A stretch of DNA of 62,145 bases, filler included. It is 8 parts of 8 records of this genome, joined end to end, with 100 filler letters (N's around TTAATTAATTAA, not from the genome) between each part and the next. Parts side by side here need not be neighbours in the genome. Positions count along the whole stretch, not along the records: positions 18,853 to 22,759 come from SRR20825010_5853; positions 22,860 to 26,368 come from SRR20825010_5864; positions 26,469 to 46,298 come from SRR20825010_5875; 5 more parts are not named here. One strand, 5' to 3'. The notes under the pieces are model-generated. The model did not search any database. It was not told where the DNA came from and saw only the letters and a list, made by a program, of their open reading frames with translations. Below, in pieces: positions 20,381 through 30,853 of this stretch. The first letter of the stretch is position 1, and each line of letters starts with the position of its first letter. Position numbers and translations under genes: made by a program.

Positions 20381-20619
20381 GCCGTTCACTAAAAACACAT
20401 TTTCCGAAAGTGTCCTCCCCTAGCGATGCCCTTTTTGGGATAAACTTTACCGCGCATGCGAAAGGCTCTTTTCGCGTGTGCGGTATTACGCTAATGTAAC
20501 GCGATGTGAAGGCAACGACGCCATTCACATCCCTATTGATCGGCAGGCAACGAGGCTTGCGCAACGTGTTTGGACTTCCGGATGGAAGGCCGACCTGTTT
20601 TAGCCTCGGAGTACCCAGT

Positions 20620-22053
20620 ATGTTTGCCGGTCTTATTCGTTCCATTTCCCCCGAAAATGACCAGGATTTGCGCCGTGCAAAAAACAGCACGGGGCTTGCC
20701 GATATTTTGCGGCTGTTGCGCAAGGTCAGTTCGGTTGCTGATGCGGCAAGCGCCCGCAATGATGCGATTTCCGATATCCTGACGGCGGTGTGTGATTACT
20801 GCAAATGGCCGGTTGGCCATGCCTATTTGCGCGACGGTGATCAATTGTCATCGGCTGGTATCTGGTCGATCAGTTCATCGATTGCGGCATCGACCATTGC
20901 CGAGTTTCGAACCCAGTCTGAGCAAACCGTTTTTGCCTTGGGACAGGGCTTGATTGGATCGGTTGCGGCCAATGGGGCGGCGGTTTGTATTGCCGATGTG
21001 ACACAAAAGGACGGGTTCTTACGCGCAGGTTCTGCCGCACGTAATGGATTGCGCGGCTGCTTTGCCTTGCCGGTCAAACTTGCCGGCCGGACCGAAGGGG
21101 TGATTGAATTTTTCAGCCCCGATGTGGCTGAGCTTGATGACGAGATGCTTGAGCTTCTTGGATTTGTTGGCGGACAGGTCGCCCGTGTCCTTGAACGCGA
21201 ACAGACATTGAAATCACGCGAACAACTGGCATCTGATTTCGAAAGTCAGGTTCAAGGCACAGTCGGGATGCTGGGCGCTGCGGTCAGTCAGATGCGCAGT
21301 GCGCTTGATGTTTTGGGTGATAGTACCGACCAAACCCGAACCTGCAGTGATGGCATTGATCAGGCGGCCCGCCGGGCCCTGTCACGCATTGAAAATGTCG
21401 CCGTTCAGATGGAAAATCTGAAAGATCAATTGGTGGTCGTTGGCGCAGATGCCGCTGAAACGGTTAAGACCACCCATGAAATTGGCCGTCAGGCCCGGGA
21501 TATGCGTGACGGTTTTGCGACCTTGCAAGATCGCGCTGCCGATGCGGAAAAGATGTTGTCATCGGTTGCGGCAATTGCGGCACAGACCAAGATGCTGGGT
21601 CTAAATGCCTCGATCGAGGCCGCACGTGTTGGCGAGGCGGGCAAGGGATTTGCCATTGTTGCCAAGGAAGTCAAAGCCCTTGCCGGGCAGTCTGCCAGTG
21701 CGACGGATGAAATTTCACGCTGGATGGCCTCGATGCTCGATGCGATTGCCAAGGCGGGCGGCGATATCGAACAGATCGCTGTTGCCATGGATGATCTGCA
21801 AACCCGCGCAGAAGCCACGGCGTCTCAAACAGATCAGCAGGCCGGGATTTGCATTTCTGTGGCATCGGATGCCGATGCCGCCGTCGGCGAAGCCCGCTTG
21901 GTCGGGGAAAGTGTTGTCGAAATCAGTGGTGCGATCAAGCATACCGATACCGTTTCAAACGAATTGGGGCATGCTGCCAAAAACCTGGAAACCCAAGGGG
22001 CCGAACTTAGCACCCGGGTCGAAGGGTTTGTTGGCAAAATCCTTGTGATGTAA
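20620..22053 (+). CDS. Soluble methyl-accepting chemotaxis protein with GAF domain
   Basis: GAF motifs (GQGLIG, GCFALPV, VIEFF); MCP tip [30 protein letters not shown]; no TM helix; GGAG RBS. Confidence 0.88.
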   Translation: MFAGLIRSISPENDQDLRRAKNSTGLADILRLLRKVSSVADAASARNDAISDILTAVCDYCKWPVGHAYLRDGDQLSSAGIWSISSSIAASTIAEFRTQSEQTVFALGQGLIGSVAANGAAVCIADVTQKDGFLRAGSAARNGLRGCFALPVKLAGRTEGVIEFFSPDVAELDDEMLELLGFVGGQVARVLEREQTLKSREQLASDFESQVQGTVGMLGAAVSQMRSALDVLGDSTDQTRTCSDGIDQAARRALSRIENVAVQMENLKDQLVVVGADAAETVKTTHEIGRQARDMRDGFATLQDRAADAEKMLSSVAAIAAQTKMLGLNASIEAARVGEAGKGFAIVAKEVKALAGQSASATDEISRWMASMLDAIAKAGGDIEQIAVAMDDLQTRAEATASQTDQQAGICISVASDADAAVGEARLVGESVVEISGAIKHTDTVSNELGHAAKNLETQGAELSTRVEGFVGKILVM

Positions 22054-22065
22054 GGGTGTATGCCC

Positions 22066-22759
22066 CTACAGGTCGCTCTTGGATGCTGATGGCAGATGGG
22101 CTGTGCGCTTTGCTACCCATCGGGCAAGGGGCGGCCCAAATGCCAGAACCATAAAGAACCTTGTGGCTTGCAGAACAAGGATAAAGGACAGATCGACATT
22201 GGTGCTGGCGGCAATGATGGCGACCGAATCAAGTCCGCCGGGGCTTGTTGCCAGATAGGCGGTAAGCGGATCGACATCCAGAAAAATCACCAGCAATGCA
22301 GAAATTCCGGCGCAAAATCCGATCAGAACGACAATGGACAGCAAAACCTTGGGAAAGGCATGTGCCGCATGGCGGAGCACGGGTGGGGTGAATTTAAGCC
22401 CGATCACCCAGCCGATCATGGCATAGGTCAGGCCAAGGAACCATTCAGGCAAAACAACATCAAGAACGCCGCTGACATGCAAGATCATGGTGACAATGAT
22501 CGGAACCAACAGTGGTCCCGACGGCAGACGTGATTTTGCCCCGATAAAACAACAGACCGCAGCAAGACCAAGTGTGATGGCAAAGCCGCGAAGATCAAAG
22601 GATGGGAACCAGTCGTGCGGCCCCATTGCGGCGAGCAGGGCGGGATCAACCCAGAAATTGGCAACGCTTGAGGCCACAGCCACCACAATCACCACCCGGA
22701 CATATTGCATAAAGGCGACAAGGCGGGCATCGGCGCCAAAGGCCTCTGCCATGATGACC
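22066..22759 (-). CDS. AbrB-family membrane protein (AmoA-like Pfam family), 5'-truncated
   Basis: GADARLVAFMQYVR, IGWVIGLKF, TAYLATSPGG motifs. Confidence 0.8.
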
Positions 22760-22859
22760 NNNNNNNNNNNNNNNNNNNNNNNNNNNNNNNNNNNNNNNNN
22801 NNNTTAATTAATTAANNNNNNNNNNNNNNNNNNNNNNNNNNNNNNNNNNNNNNNNNNNN
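22760..22859. other. Artificial contig spacer
   Basis: N44-TTAATTAATTAA-N44. Confidence 0.97.
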
Positions 22860-23223
22860 GTATGCCGCCGATCAGAGAAGCGGTGAGCGAAAAGCCAAGT
22901 GCCCTGCCTGCTTTGCCCTGCTGCGCCAGCGGAAATCCGTCGATGACGGTTGCTGCAGCGGCTGGTGTGCCGGGCGTTCGCAGCAGGATTGCTGCGATAG
23001 AGCCGCCATACATTGCTCCAAGGTAGAGCGCCGCCAGCATTGCCAGACCGGTCTCGGGGCGAAATGAAAACGTGAGAGGCAGCAGCAAGGCAATCGCCAT
23101 GGTTGCCGACAGTCCTGGCATCGCGCCGATGAACATGCCGATCAACGTGCCGAGCAAAATGGCTCCGAGATTAATCGGTTCAAGTACGTTCAAAAATCCG
23201 ATTAGGAGAAAGCTGTCTTCCAT
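22860..23223 (-). CDS. tctA: Tripartite tricarboxylate transporter large subunit, 3'-truncated
   Basis: GAMPGLSATMAIALLLP, YGGSIAAILLRTPGTPAAAAT. Confidence 0.92.
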
Positions 23224-23292
23224 TGTCTTTTCCTTTAAGTGGCAGTGCCGGCAAATGACATTAGAGGGTCCGAAAAGCAGGCGAGTCGATGG

Positions 23293-23739
23293 TCAGGCGC
23301 CCGGCAAGAGTGGAATTGGCAAGCGGAGGAAATTAACGAAGATCACCCAGATGGCGAACGTCACTCCGGCAGAAGTCAACAGAATGATCCAGAGATTCGT
23401 CGCCCGGAAAATCAAAAGGGTTGATAGCAAAAACGCCGGTGTTGCGATCAAATACCCGATAGTCGTGATGGCCCAAGCGTAGGATGTCGTGAGGGCAATA
23501 AAAATCGCGCCGCTCAAGATCCGATCCCATTCCGGAAACTCGATTGCAAAGCGGTTTGCGTCCTCGGGCAGCCTGCGCCAAGCCACGACTTGTTGGGCAA
23601 TTGCTATCAGTGCAAGCCCGATCATGAAATAGGATATCAGTGTTGGAAGTCTGGCTGCGACCCGTGGGTAGCTTGCCGCTTCGACCTGAAAGAAAACGGC
23701 GATAGTGATAGCTGCCAGTGCGACAAGGATGCGAGACAT
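23293..23739 (-). CDS. tctB: Tripartite tricarboxylate transporter small subunit
   Basis: 4-5 TM helices, GY..AT, F..FL..P.P C-terminus; lies between tctC and tctA. Confidence 0.8.
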   Translation of the reverse strand: MSRILVALAAITIAVFFQVEAASYPRVAARLPTLISYFMIGLALIAIAQQVVAWRRLPEDANRFAIEFPEWDRILSGAIFIALTTSYAWAITTIGYLIATPAFLLSTLLIFRATNLWIILLTSAGVTFAIWVIFVNFLRLPIPLLPGA

Positions 23740-23784
23740 CAGAAGCTGTTCCTTGCTTCAAGAGGACGGATCTAAATGTTTGTC

Positions 23785-23819
23785 AAAAGCCGCCCATCGC
23801 ACGTTATCGCGAGGGCGGC
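23785..23819 (-). terminator. Intra-operon stem-loop after tctC
   Basis: GCCGCCC-A-TCGC / GCGA-GGGCGGC stem followed by TTTT on the minus strand. Confidence 0.5.
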
Positions 23820-23839
23820 CCTTCAGATTGACGGTTCTA

Positions 23840-24820
23840 CTACTGTTGTACGTCGTCCTTAATTTCTTCCCATATCCCTCCGAATTCGACCAACTGGTCT
23901 GCAAGGAACTTGGAATAATCATCGCCACCGATGAAATCGATGTTCATTGCCTGAGCGGCAGCAGCGGCTTGGAAGTCAGGGTTTTCGACGACACGTGCAA
24001 GACCCTCTACAAGCTGCGCTCTGATTTCCGGATCCATACCAGCGGGGGCACTATACCCACGCGAAGACCCTGCAACGACATCAAAGCCCAATTCACGTGC
24101 GGTCGGCACATCTGGCAGTTCCGCCAGTCGCTCATTGGCAAAGACGACCAATGCACGCAAGTTGCCGGCTTCGATTTGTGGAAAAGTAATGCCGACGTTG
24201 TTAAAGCTCACATCGATGCTTCTCCCCATCGCAGCCGTCATCGAGGGACCATCGCCCTGAAACGGAACTTTCTGGAATTGCAGATCAGCAGCGCGCTCAA
24301 ACATAACGGAAGTGAAGAAGTCATCGCCCCCAACGCCCGAGTTTCCAACAGTCACTGTCTGCGGGTTTTCCCGTGCTGCAGCCAGCAAGTCCTCGAAGGT
24401 CTGAATCGGGCTGTCCGCCGCGACAACAGCAACACCCGGATCGGTCACGATATTGGCGAGCGGGGTCAACTCGTCAATTGTGTAGGTGATCGCAGGGTTC
24501 ATCAGATAATTGGTCATAAGCATCGGCGTATTGGTAATGCTGATAACCGTTCCGTCATTGGGCTCCTGCTTGGCCAGTCGCGTCCACGCGATGGCGCCTG
24601 TCGCTCCGGGCAGATACTGATTTACAAAGTTCACACCCAGATCTTCGGCCAGATAAGGCTGCACCAACTGCGCAAGCGCATCTGATCCGCCACCCGCGTT
24701 GAACCCTTGCAGCACGGTGATTTCATCACTTGCGGTATATTGATTGTCCTGTGCGAACACGCTGCTGGCCGCAATCAACGCAAACGTCGAGATGCCGACA
24801 AATTTCGTAAAGGTCTTCAT
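23840..24820 (-). CDS. tctC: TTT periplasmic substrate-binding protein (Bug/TctC)
   Basis: Signal peptide, AGGGSD, PGATG, VPFQGDG, LPDVPT. Confidence 0.9.
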   Translation of the reverse strand: MKTFTKFVGISTFALIAASSVFAQDNQYTASDEITVLQGFNAGGGSDALAQLVQPYLAEDLGVNFVNQYLPGATGAIAWTRLAKQEPNDGTVISITNTPMLMTNYLMNPAITYTIDELTPLANIVTDPGVAVVAADSPIQTFEDLLAAARENPQTVTVGNSGVGGDDFFTSVMFERAADLQFQKVPFQGDGPSMTAAMGRSIDVSFNNVGITFPQIEAGNLRALVVFANERLAELPDVPTARELGFDVVAGSSRGYSAPAGMDPEIRAQLVEGLARVVENPDFQAAAAAQAMNIDFIGGDDYSKFLADQLVEFGGIWEEIKDDVQQ

Positions 24821-24850
24821 GTGTAGTTCCTCCCATTTCTCCTTCGAGCA

Positions 24851-24893
24851 AAGCTATGTAGTGTCAGAAACAATGTCAAACATATTATTGACA
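24851..24893. promoter_or_regulatory. Divergent promoter/operator region
   Basis: Inverted repeat TGTCAA-N8-TTGACA (24874-24893); minus-strand TTGACA-N17-TAGCTT points toward tctC. Confidence 0.5.
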
Positions 24894-24942
24894 ATCTGAT
24901 TGATAATCCCTCTTATCGCCATTGGAATGTTTGGAGGACACA

Positions 24943-26368
24943 ATGAACAGCGATGAAAACAAGACAAAAACGGGCACGCCAAGCGGTATGCGTAAGGGAC
25001 TGACCAACTACGGTGACGCGGGTTTTTCACTGTTTCTTCGCAAAGCCTTCATTAAGGGTATGGGGTATACCGACGAGGCACTGGACCGCCCGATCGTCGG
25101 AATCATCGACACGGGCAGTGGCTTTAACGCTTGCCACGGAAATATGTCCGATTTGGTCGAAGCGACGAAGCGCGGCATCATGCTGTCAGGTGCACTGCCC
25201 GTCCCATTCCCGACGATCTCGGTCCACGAATCGTTTTCCAATCCAACCAGCATGTTCCTGCGGAACCTGATGTCGATGGATACAGAAGAGATGATTCGCG
25301 CGCAGCCGATGGACGCCGTTGTGATGATCGGCGGGTGCGACAAAACGGTTCCAGCGCAACTCATGGGGGCAGCCTCCGCCGGTCTGCCTGCGATCCAGCT
25401 CGTCACGGGCCCTATGTTAACGGGTAGCCACCGTGGGCAAAAAGTCGGCGCTTGTACAGATTGCCGCCGTTTCTGGGCCGCCTATCGCGCCGGAGAAGTC
25501 GACGATCAAGAAATTTCCGACGTAAATGACCAGCTCGTGCCCGGGACTGGCACCTGTGGCGTGATGGGGACTGCCTCTACAATGGCTATGGTTACAGAGG
25601 CTCTCGGCATGATGCTTCCGGGCGGCAGCACCGCCCCCGCAGTGTCCGCCGACCGTCGTCGCATCGCCGAAGAAACCGGCCGCATCGCTGTTCAGATGGC
25701 AAATTCCGGCCTGACACCAGATAAGATTATGACGAAAGCGGCGTTCCGCAACGCGCTGTCCGTCCTACTCGCCATTGGCGGGTCGACCAATGGATTGATC
25801 CACCTGACGGCCGTCGCCGGCCGCCTTGGCATCAAGATCGACCTTGAAGAATTCGACGCAATCGGGCGTGACGTTCCCGTCCTTGTCGATCTTAAACCAT
25901 CCGGCCAGCACTATATGCAGGATCTGCACGCGGCCGGCGGTCTGATCACTGTGTTGCGCGAACTCAAACCGCACCTCGATCTGGATTGTCTGACTGTGAC
26001 AGGGCGCACCTTGGGCGAAGAGATTGACGATGCACCGGCCAGCTTTGCGCAATACATCGTAACGCCACGCAGCAAGCCGATTTATCCGCAAGGCGGCATG
26101 GCGTTTCTGACGGGCAACCTTGCGCCTGGCGGGGCCATCATCAAACAATCTGCGGCATCGCCCGAATTGATGAAACACCGCGGACGGGCTGTCGTGTTCA
26201 CATCCGTTGAGGATATGGCCGCACGCGTCGATTCCCCCGATCTTGATGTCACGAAAGATGACGTTCTGGTTCTGCAAAACACCGGCCCAAAGGGCGCACC
26301 CGGTATGCCGGAAGCAGGCTATATGCCAATCCCGCGTAAGCTTGCCGAGCAAGGCGTCAAGGATATGG
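24943..26368 (+). CDS. IlvD/Edd family dehydratase (probable sugar-acid dehydratase), 3'-truncated
   Basis: FNACH, GGCDKT, CGVMGTASTM, GGSTN, GNLAP, GPKGAPGMPE; GGAGGA RBS. Confidence 0.9.
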
Positions 26369-26468
26369 NNNNNNNNNNNNNNNNNNNNNNNNNNNNNNNN
26401 NNNNNNNNNNNNTTAATTAATTAANNNNNNNNNNNNNNNNNNNNNNNNNNNNNNNNNNNNNNNNNNNN
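26369..26468. other. Artificial contig spacer
   Basis: N44-TTAATTAATTAA-N44. Confidence 0.97.
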
Positions 26469-27143
26469 ACGTATGCCCTCAACCGAAAAGGGTTTGGACA
26501 GAATGTCGGAAATGTCAGTTGCCGGAATGCCCAACCCCTGAAGCAGGACAATGCAAACCTCACGCGCATAACCTTCACCCCGCGCGATTTCAGGACCGGC
26601 CCCGAATTCGAGCAGATTGCGCATGGCCACAGAAACAATGCCGATCATCACATTGACCGCCATATCGACGCTGGGAACATGGATGCGGCCTGTCGAAATG
26701 GCCTCTTCAATATCGCCGAGCATGTGAGCATTGACGGAGGCCTGAACTTCTCCGGCCTCGGCAAATGTGCGCGCCAACATGCGGGCATAGACGGGCTCAT
26801 ACAGCACCATCGCCATGAACAGCCGTGCACCCCGCACCAACCGCTCTGCCGGATCAGTGATGCCGATATTGATTTCGGCCACGGCCGCGTTCAATTCATG
26901 GCGAATACGGGCGGCAACCGCCACAGCGATTTCAGACCGGTCCAGAAAGTAATTATAGAAGGTGCCTTTAGCGACGCCCGCGCGCACCACGATCTCGTCA
27001 ATGGTGGTCGCATCCACACCCTTTTGAGCGAAAAGCTGTGTTGCGGCCTCAATCAGCACCAGCCGCATCCGCTCGCGACGCAGCGAGCCGGCAGCATCTG
27101 TTTTTACCTGTATGGAGCTATTACGCAGACCACTCGCGGCCAT
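26469..27143 (-). CDS. TetR-family regulator, 3'-truncated
   Basis: TTIDEIVVRAGVAKGTFYNYF helix-turn-helix; GGAGGG RBS before ATG 27143. Confidence 0.9.
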
Positions 27144-27165
27144 GGCGACACCCTCCGAAACCACA

Positions 27166-27201
27166 ATATGACTAATTGGTCATATAGTGACCATTTAGTC
27201 A
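27166..27201. promoter_or_regulatory. Tandem palindromic operators (probable TetR autoregulation)
   Basis: ATATGACTAATTGGTCATAT and TGACCATTTAGTCA, both TGAC-N6-GTCA. Confidence 0.65.
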
Positions 27202-27336
27202 AATACAATTTGGCAGGGTGCATTTCGCAGACCGTTAAAAATTCATCCGTCGACGCGAACAGCAGCATTAAGACTCGGCCAAGGACCGGGCTTTAAACTA
27301 GGAAAATTGGAATTTCACTTTGGATCGGCGCCCGAC

Positions 27337-27951
27337 ATGTTTCGCAATCGGTTTTCGACGTCATCGAAGCCGGATTTAATTTCCGGACACTCGGCCCAGA
27401 AGCGCTCGCCCAAAAGCCTCGCCTTCGAAGATTTGTGGCGTGGCCTCGATCGCAACGGGCTACTTCCCGACCGCTCGGCATTTTTGCCAGAGCGAGCAGC
27501 CCGCATGTTGGCGCAGATCGTTTTGCTGGATATTTTTCTGTACACACCATGTCCCGACAAACCGTCGGACACAGGGGTAAAAACCAGTGTACGCCTGATA
27601 GGCAGCCGCTTGCGTGAGCTGGCCGACATGGACGTGACCGGACATGACTATCTCGACTTCGTACCTGACCGTGAATATCAGGCGAACTATTTGCGCTGCT
27701 GCGAGGAAACACCCTGCGGCTCGTGGTCCGTTTCGCCGGTAGTCTATGAGCGCGGCTATACCAGCCTCATCGAAATCACTCACTTTCCGATGACGGACGA
27801 AAAAACAGGTGCCCATTTCCGGCTCATCATGATCGAAGAAATGGGATCAGAGCTGCCGGAATTTCGCACTCTGGGCAAACCGGTCGAGCTGAAACCTGCA
27901 ATTGCCAAACAGTTTATCGATATTGGTGCGGGTGTGCCGGAGAGACCATAG
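27337..27951 (+). CDS. PAS-domain (PAS_5/DUF1457-like) protein
   Basis: W..L....LP.R..F.P......L..I.L pattern, RLIGS......D.TG. Confidence 0.65.
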   Translation: MFRNRFSTSSKPDLISGHSAQKRSPKSLAFEDLWRGLDRNGLLPDRSAFLPERAARMLAQIVLLDIFLYTPCPDKPSDTGVKTSVRLIGSRLRELADMDVTGHDYLDFVPDREYQANYLRCCEETPCGSWSVSPVVYERGYTSLIEITHFPMTDEKTGAHFRLIMIEEMGSELPEFRTLGKPVELKPAIAKQFIDIGAGVPERP

Positions 27952-27976
27952 TAACGAAACAATAAAATAAAAATCG

Positions 27977-28855
27977 CTATGTGAAACTATAAGTGACCTT
28001 TAGAGCCAAACCACCTCCCAATACCGGGCCATTTGCAAGTGTAAATTCCATTAGAGACACGTCGCCCTTAATCCCAAAATAAAAAAGGAATGCAACTTGG
28101 GAAGTGGGCACAGCAAAGGCAATAAAAACACGCCAGCCAAATGACAGCGACTTCACTGCCTCAATCCTTATTAACCCCAAAAAAATAGTAAAAGAAAACA
28201 ACAACGCATACCCAAGCGGAAGAGGAAACTCCGCTATTTTTATTGCTGCACGCAGAAAACCAGCTTCCCGACGCGCACCAGCTATAATCTCTGCAGCTTG
28301 CTGACGCGCATTCTCTGCCAATTGCCGCGCTCTTTCTGCATCTTGTTCCGCCGCAAGACGTTGACCTTCAACAATTCGGGCTTCTCTCTGTAATTGCTCC
28401 ACAATCCGAATAGCATCCGCGACTTGCAGTTCGGTATTCAACCGCCGCCCTTCAGCCACTTGCACTTCATCATAATGATCACAGGCGCTTGCTCTCAATT
28501 GGCAGCGCGCGCCGCGAGCGCTGCATTTCTGCATTGCTACAAAGATTGCATCCGTTTCTGAAACACCCTCTGCGATGTCAAGTCCATTAGAACCAGATGG
28601 TGTTTCGCCATAGACGACGGCAGCACAGGAATTTCTGAAACGCCTAACAATGCTACATCCAGGCCCCTTACGCAGACATCCGCTCATTGCCAACGCCTTT
28701 GCACGCGAACTGTCTTGGATTTCTGAGGCCATTGCAAACCAATGGGTGCCGTTACCATCTTTTCCTACAGCAATAGCTCCCTCACTTCTGCCGGGTGCAG
28801 AAAAAGCAAAAATGCTGATACAAAAAAATGCGATAGACCAAGAAAGGCGCGCCAT
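27977..28855 (-). CDS. Exported DUF4189-domain protein with coiled coil and C-terminal TM helices
   Basis: Signal peptide, GAIA...C...C...F.N.CAA...C...C...C six-Cys pattern, E/Q/R/A heptads, hydrophobic tail; AT-rich. Confidence 0.7.
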   Translation of the reverse strand: MARLSWSIAFFCISIFAFSAPGRSEGAIAVGKDGNGTHWFAMASEIQDSSRAKALAMSGCLRKGPGCSIVRRFRNSCAAVVYGETPSGSNGLDIAEGVSETDAIFVAMQKCSARGARCQLRASACDHYDEVQVAEGRRLNTELQVADAIRIVEQLQREARIVEGQRLAAEQDAERARQLAENARQQAAEIIAGARREAGFLRAAIKIAEFPLPLGYALLFSFTIFLGLIRIEAVKSLSFGWRVFIAFAVPTSQVAFLFYFGIKGDVSLMEFTLANGPVLGGGLALKVTYSFT

Positions 28856-28952
28856 TCATCCCCCCCGAGATTAAAATGGACCTTGTATGATAAACACGTA
28901 TACAGATGATCACAAATTGGAATAGAAAACGGCGCATTTCAGGGACTTATTC

Positions 28953-29648
28953 TTAATGCCCCTTACGTGCCGGACTGTCATCGGGCAACAGACCATTCAT
29001 CAAAAGGTCGATCTGCGTCTCAATCAGTTTTTCGGCCCGCCATAAAAAATCGACATGAGTAATGAGCAGCGACACGGTGCCGTGGCCTGCAGCCCAAATG
29101 GATTCAGCAATAATTTCAGGATCACCCTTGCGGATATGGCCGTTCGCAATCAGCTCGCGCACCAGTTCCTGTAAGTGGCTATAGACAATCTGGCCTCTTG
29201 AAGGCTGGATATCGGACAGATTTCCCTCGCCGTCCTGTTTGGTGAGATTTGCCGGCGCATAACGGCGCAGGCCCGGTGCATCGGTCATGAAGACCAGACG
29301 ATATTCTTCAGGATTGGCCAGACCATTCTCGACGTAATTGCGCATAACGAGCCGCAGCCGATCGACGGGCGGCAAGGCGGGATTATCATATTGAGCCTTG
29401 CGCGCGATAAGCTGCACAAAAAACCGCTCGGCCACCGCGAATAAGATCGCGTCCTTATCCTCGAAATGTTGATAGATCGCCGCCTGCGTGATGCCGACGC
29501 GGCGTGCGATTTTGCGCATGCTGACGCTTTCCAGACCGCCTTGCGAAAACAGAGCCCGCGCTGCCTCGATGATCTGAGCGCGGCGCTCTTCAGGTGCCAG
29601 ACGGCGGCGGGGAGCCGCTTTTTTTGCTTTTTGGGTCTCAATCGTCAT
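28953..29648 (-). CDS. TetR/AcrR-family regulator of the divergent RND operon
   Basis: VSMRKIARRVGITQAAIYQHF helix-turn-helix; WAAGHG C-terminal motif. Confidence 0.9.
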   Translation of the reverse strand: MTIETQKAKKAAPRRRLAPEERRAQIIEAARALFSQGGLESVSMRKIARRVGITQAAIYQHFEDKDAILFAVAERFFVQLIARKAQYDNPALPPVDRLRLVMRNYVENGLANPEEYRLVFMTDAPGLRRYAPANLTKQDGEGNLSDIQPSRGQIVYSHLQELVRELIANGHIRKGDPEIIAESIWAAGHGTVSLLITHVDFLWRAEKLIETQIDLLMNGLLPDDSPARKGH

Positions 29649-29658
29649 TTCTTTACCT

Positions 29659-29715
29659 AACACTGTTCATCTGAGCTTGACCAGCCGTCAGCACCACCTA
29701 AATAAACACTGTTCA
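29659..29715. promoter_or_regulatory. Duplicated operator AACACTGTTCA
   Basis: Identical 11-mer (core palindrome AACA-C-TGTT) at 29659-29669 and 29705-29715 in the short tetR/MFP divergent gap. Confidence 0.6.
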
Positions 29716-29734
29716 GTAATTTACGGGGTTGGTT

Positions 29735-30853
29735 ATGACGGGTTGGGAAAAGCGGCTGCCGCTAAAGGCGGCCATGCTGGGTTTGGCACTTCTGGGAACA
29801 GGCGCATTAAGCGGTTGCGGCCCGTCCGAAGGGGAAGAAACCGGCCAGAACAGCGATCAGGGCACGCCCGTGCTGGTGGCAAGCGTCATCAAAGCCCCCT
29901 CTGCCAATGATGTACGCGTATACGGCATTATCCGCTCCGACAAGGAAGCAGCCATGTCCTTCAAAATCGGCGGACTGGTAAAAACCCTGAATGTCGACAC
30001 TGGCGACCAGATCAAGAAGGGCGACGTGCTGGCAAGCCTCGACCAGCGCGAGATTGCCGCCCAGACCGCACGTGCGGAAGCCGCCGCCGCCAAGGCCCGA
30101 CGCGACCTTGCCCGCATCGAACCCCTGCTGAAAAACGGCTATATCAGCCAGCAGCGTGTGGATGATGCCCGCAGCGCCCGCGACATTGCCAATGCTGAAC
30201 TCAAGCAGATCGCCTTCAACCGCTCGCTGGCAACAATCATCGCCCCCAGCGACGGCGTGGTGCTGGCCCGCCACGTGGACAAGAACGAGATCGTGGCAGC
30301 GGGAACGCCTGTCCTGACGGTAAGTCAGGGCAGCACGGGCCTTATCCTGAAAGCATCCCTCTCGGACCGCAATCTGGCGAAACTGAAAATCGGTGATGCA
30401 GCGCAGGTCACAATCGACGCCTTCCCCGCGCAGCCCGTGAAAGGCAAAGTGCGCCGCCTGTCGGCCATCTCTGACGCCCAGACCGGTACTTTCGGCGCCG
30501 AGATCATGCTGGAAGATGCGCCCGCCGGTGTGGAGAGCGGCTTTATCGGTGAAGCCCGCATCACGCCCAGCGGCTCTGCTGACACAACAACACTCGCCAT
30601 TCCCGCCAGCGCCATTCTGGAAGGTCACGGCCAGACCGCGACCGTCTATGTGGTGGATGAGACGAACATGACGGCAAAGCTTGTGCGCGTGACGCTGAAC
30701 GGCTTGCAAGACGACATGGTACTGGTGACGAAGGGCCTCAAATCCGGAGAGCGCGTGGTGAGTGCAGGTGCGCCCTATCTGCGCGACGGTGCACCGGTGA
30801 AAATCGTGACCGACCTTCTGGCTGATACACAAAAGCCGGAGCCGCGCACATGA
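29735..30853 (+). CDS. RND efflux periplasmic adaptor (MFP), lipoprotein
   Basis: LSGC lipobox, GDQIKKGDVLASLD, IIAPSDGVV, GLKSGERVV. Confidence 0.92.
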   Translation: MTGWEKRLPLKAAMLGLALLGTGALSGCGPSEGEETGQNSDQGTPVLVASVIKAPSANDVRVYGIIRSDKEAAMSFKIGGLVKTLNVDTGDQIKKGDVLASLDQREIAAQTARAEAAAAKARRDLARIEPLLKNGYISQQRVDDARSARDIANAELKQIAFNRSLATIIAPSDGVVLARHVDKNEIVAAGTPVLTVSQGSTGLILKASLSDRNLAKLKIGDAAQVTIDAFPAQPVKGKVRRLSAISDAQTGTFGAEIMLEDAPAGVESGFIGEARITPSGSADTTTLAIPASAILEGHGQTATVYVVDETNMTAKLVRVTLNGLQDDMVLVTKGLKSGERVVSAGAPYLRDGAPVKIVTDLLADTQKPEPRT

